Of a stretch of DNA of 37,257 nucleotides, positions 35,701 to 37,257 are shown in pieces. The DNA lies in the sequence record SRR31156797_9628; one strand, written 5' to 3'. Below the pieces are notes generated by a model. It saw only the letters and a list, made by a program, of their open reading frames with translations. It searched no databases and was not told the DNA's origin. Position 1 is the stretch's first letter. The number at the start of each line of letters is the position of its first letter. Made by a program: the position numbers and the translations under genes.

Positions 35701-36756
35701 CCTATACTACCCCAACTAACCCTGGTCCATAATTTCGAAGCATTTTTCTGGCCGGATGCCGGCATCTATTCCTTAAATATGTGGGAGCATCACGATGGTT
35801 TTTTCATCCGTGTTAAAGAAGATGTAACACTCAATATCCAGGGATTTCCCGAAACCGATCAAATCTGCGAAGTGCCTGAGAGCTGGTCAATTTTGCCTGT
35901 ATTGAGTCGCGGGGCCATTTTATTGGAGTCTCTGTTGGATGGTACTACAGCTCTGGAGAATATTGTAATCATCAAAGAAATTGCCAACACAGGCATTTTC
36001 TGGCCGCAATACGGCATTCATACGCTAAATGCGCTGGAACCCGGCAAGAGCTATCTGATCTGTATGGCCCAGGAGGATGCGATTGTATTTCCGGAAATAC
36101 CCGATAAGCAGGAAATTATATCTGAAAGGTGGGATTATCCCGATGTTGTGGATTGGAATAAACCCTGTAAAACCCCGGTTTCGCATATAGTAATGTTCCC
36201 TGAATCAGTTTTACCGCCGATGATTAGCCCCGGTTGTTTGCTTGCAGCATTTACGCCTGAGGGCATTTGTGCAGGTTTGATCCCTGCAACGGGAAATAGC
36301 TGTATTACCATTTTTGGTGATGACCCGGCTACCTTTGAAAAGGAGGGGTACAGCATTGGCGATCCACTGCATTTTGCCATTCTCAACCCGTTAACCATGG
36401 AGCAGAAAGACCTGGATGTGGATTTCGATCCTGCCTTTCAATCGTTCAACGGCAAATTTGAAAACAATGGAATTTCAATGGTCTTGGCCGCTCACTTTAA
36501 TCCAAATCAGATCATGAGGCCCTGGACTTCGCAAATTGAAATGTATCCAAATCCAACAGATGGAAAAGTTATCATCAGCGGATTTAATGAGAAAGGTGAG
36601 ATAACTGTGTTGGATGCAGGCGGACAGGTTTTACTGCAAGGAGATATATCGGAGGATAAACAATATCTGGATCTCAGCAGCTTACAAAAGGGAGTGTACC
36701 TGGTACGTATTCAAACAAAATCGTCCACAATTTCTAAACGAATCATTCGCCTATAA
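29719..36756 (+). CDS. Giant T9SS-secreted multidomain protein: prodomain, papain-fold (C39-like/C10-like) cysteine peptidase, beta-helix-like repeats, two carboxypeptidase-regulatory-like domains, GEVED domain, CTD
   Basis: Signal peptide VTA-Q; WSYGCTPTAGAMLLAYWD (Cys243) and HSVCGVGY (His365); WRGTVDNDWHNPENWSGGSVP; GTLKGTVT..IEGAYV..T.TN.EGSY; GEVEDY at aa 1865; MYPNPTDG...LQKGVYLVRI...KRIIRL. Start 29719 or 29737. Confidence 0.85.
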   Translation: MKGKTVMKTFTTLLMAVILSVMVTAQDYEMISLKEVKEIANRNAKAQWGEVFPNEPIAYYGFDGEIIAWRINYSIGKPFPSVRDLKAERKTSRENGDKLSQWGSGKFGRLLISARSNMPVILERSKSLSPEYAEILKLERMKKTAFGSQDAVLKKVWYFNHFNTWYEFHANDQIRYINISPTGGILDEKEFKEERSKAGHFVETADFSEEWSKYRKGFSPGGKDIIMIPAHGVMPFYDWSYGCTPTAGAMLLAYWDYLSLLTDEDNYSGFVSYHYQRYDTIDSEDRESHWDYNVPNLQKMLALAMDTDTISGTTWPHNMDDGYAHVCNSMLDYDFEIEGRYTMHWTLTTGEIDAGRPIHIDISGHSVCGVGYDPDENLVITRYTWDPVYTAISRWSMLHMVLVKPGGPRGVAVSLAEPFGDRRYNRTGNGELLHGNDYFEIKWYADKYLNDTWAQIAYSTNGGHHWEEIVANTPNIGYYNWHVPDGIDSEECRVQVIIHDPLCEPRSAGVDGSYGNFEIQSGGSVSFLPHESIRSTDTRTKYYNLQHNHNSWGAVGAISSDPEVTWTCDLWDDEFDASLVESYFDHAQNLVVFDRNHLTEEFYGIKTRPLNGDTTVYIQFDGHDESLELMPGAELQINWPNNRIIKMYDVHLDPGQYYFRVRPIGTGPKVDIAFFSSGDGEYFKSIFDADYISENTGSADDSFVVTIDEEDDYGFCIFSSERGAGIVSIKLEEAFIWRGTVDNDWHNPENWSGGSVPTSSNDVVIPDVTNPPNIYTGAANCNKLDLLEGAELTITNYNLQVSGQASIGGHLHMPGPSAILSCYDDISVGASGHFDLHENAKIDAYKNWTFESGSHANFDDGKVQFMGSENSIIYVKSGNVWFHSLHIYKSSGAFVAYDNCPGLQPLRIKGQFIIGNGAQFIQWALYNTIFEGPFLAYSGSSFGFVNGTAIFDYDGSGGIAVNSEPGSYFNDVVVSCTNFLDLSGDIEIRGDLTIEEGNFRTMGHDVYIQGDWNDEAWGFNHGNSRVIFNGTGIQESYGGAFWELELDKPSGELRIRENTTGVQHYDWTQGTVRVNGGYFYVADLEDDGLYGGIILTEGNIEIQQDPGQFFDMNADLEISGGEMEISGGNGIGFWPYSNDASITMSDGVLDIKDNGIRIHNSINYNFETNITGGTIRINGDLGIYRDDFHPAGGTIFMYGYDEDSEIYGLSTASLHNLTVHKSSSKAIKKTLVASGTLDINGDFVLEDGVFSAPPVMKIYGQFINNQSGSSFHEMEGTVIFDGPEENTISDNATFYNLTIQKPSGYFIVNEGVSIDIKNTLTVDEGLMGFLAGCDLSLGEALAVNSGGTIIFEGQELDRINVNSAVDKGNYTFDVNSGGTFGAGYTTFIYMDMEGINLHSGSYIIPEGAFYHCNFAHGLPGGTLLTIDNGADIVIHDAYFLTNTTGMAHNVTKNVDNGSVQFDEAIGDFSGPDFENDPYNRIHWEYIPPFDLPFAENWDSEDFETNNWTPTGDNWIVDAYNGNDAPSAAFRFTPSITNYSQHLRSYQISGVGHDWINLSYDIAYDEYLSGTLEQLSVRVVYPNGDFYTVANYTNDSGSFGYSSEEIDISAYAAGEIFQVSFVAHGENSYNINNWNIDNILVEEYVPEPGTLKGTVTGPDGKGVIEGAYVQILNTPFETFTNSEGSYILENIPPDFYSVQVSANGYQNENKGVEVASGITVVMNFGLTPLPPEYCSENLYETGCLEGDGINSFFLEDIENEDSGCSEGGYGDFTDMSTDLSIGGFYPLKVSSNYGNQYVSVWIDLQDDYTFSPFELFVEDYVVPTAGELVEIPFEIPDTLGAGTHRLRIRSNWNASSSDPCATYTYGEVEDYTVNLVDTAALSGLTIFVSDSLTKAPIENAYVEVVGTNWFGYTEDEGYCFISGMESGIYDVLVMAEGFEDLLLPDQNLYANQTLAVSCELTSAEPETHTIQLQQGWQGLSSYLMPQDNTIANIFQPILPQLTLVHNFEAFFWPDAGIYSLNMWEHHDGFFIRVKEDVTLNIQGFPETDQICEVPESWSILPVLSRGAILLESLLDGTTALENIVIIKEIANTGIFWPQYGIHTLNALEPGKSYLICMAQEDAIVFPEIPDKQEIISERWDYPDVVDWNKPCKTPVSHIVMFPESVLPPMISPGCLLAAFTPEGICAGLIPATGNSCITIFGDDPATFEKEGYSIGDPLHFAILNPLTMEQKDLDVDFDPAFQSFNGKFENNGISMVLAAHFNPNQIMRPWTSQIEMYPNPTDGKVIISGFNEKGEITVLDAGGQVLLQGDISEDKQYLDLSSLQKGVYLVRIQTKSSTISKRIIRL

Positions 36757-36783
36757 ACCCAAAGGAGGATTGCATATCAACTA

Positions 36784-36817
36784 AAAGTCCTGACCGTAGC
36801 GTCAGGACTTTGTTTTT
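36784..36817. terminator. Bidirectional intrinsic terminator
   Basis: aaagtcctgac-cgtagc-gtcaggacttt: perfect 11-bp stem followed by gtttttt, between convergent stop codons. Confidence 0.85.
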
Positions 36818-37194
36818 TACTTCATCGCAATGGTTTCAATTTCAACCATCACTCCCAAAGGAAGTTTAACCACGCCATAAGCTGCACGGGCCGGTGGGTT
36901 GTTGGGGTAATATTTCGCATAAACCTCGTTCATGGCGGCGAAGTTGTCCATATCGCTGAGCAGGCAGGTGGATTTGATGACATCACCAAAGTTGTATCCG
37001 GCTTCGTATAGGATAGCTTCAATGTTTTTCATTACCTGTTCGGTTTGTTCTTTGATGCCTCCTTCAACTACCTTCCCTGTGTCAGGATTTATGGGTACCT
37101 GTCCCGAAATAAAAAGGTGTCCGTTGTGTTCAATAGCCTGGCTGTAAGGGCCAACGGCATTTGGTGCTTTTGCTGTGTAGATTACTTTTTTCAT
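36817..37194 (-). CDS. ridA: RidA family reactive intermediate/imine deaminase
   Basis: AP.AVGPYSQA, FISGQVP, NIEAIL..AG, DMDNFAAMNEVY, PPARAA (catalytic Arg), LPLG..VEIE. Confidence 0.93.
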   Translation of the reverse strand: MKKVIYTAKAPNAVGPYSQAIEHNGHLFISGQVPINPDTGKVVEGGIKEQTEQVMKNIEAILYEAGYNFGDVIKSTCLLSDMDNFAAMNEVYAKYYPNNPPARAAYGVVKLPLGVMVEIETIAMK

Positions 37195-37219
37195 GATTTG
37201 ATTGTATTGTTAAATTAAA

Positions 37220-37257
37220 GTTGTCAATTGTTGTCATTGTTGTCGGGTTGTCATTGT
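37220..37257. repeat. Short ~9-bp tandem repeat (gttgtcatt variants) running off the window end
   Basis: gttgtcaatt gttgtcatt gttgtcgg gttgtcatt gt. Confidence 0.7.

Overview
Chromosomal window from a Bacteroidota genome, most likely a Bacteroidales-type organism. This is inferred from four T9SS C-terminal sorting domains, TAnnTTTG-type -7 promoter boxes and signal peptides ending Ala/Ser-Gln. The left part holds two paralogous T9SS cargo genes, a ~1 kb intergenic region packed with palindromic REP/MITE-like repeats, a DEAD-box RNA helicase, an orphan MacB/FtsX-type permease and an ECF sigma / anti-sigma / DUF4097-like / duplicated beta-barrel operon. The centre is a near-complete isovaleryl-CoA (leucine/isovalerate) degradation cluster: methylcrotonyl-CoA carboxylase beta and alpha, methylglutaconyl-CoA hydratase, acyl-CoA dehydrogenase, a small CDGSH Fe-S protein, acetoacetate-CoA ligase and an HMG-CoA-lyase-family enzyme. 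Two genes for exported proteins interrupt it. On the opposite strand, converging on the cluster, are the B12-dependent fused mutase IcmF, a butyrate-kinase homologue with degenerate ATP/Mg-binding motifs and a hypothetical gene. The right part is a 2345-aa multidomain T9SS cysteine-peptidase-like protein and ridA. No rRNA, tRNA, CRISPR array or transposase was seen. The best novelty candidates are the IcmF + pseudo-Buk + Liu + CDGSH branched-chain acid module with non-canonical active sites, and several palindromic repeat families, one of which lies in frame inside a signal peptide. All calls come from reading motifs by eye; no database searches were run.
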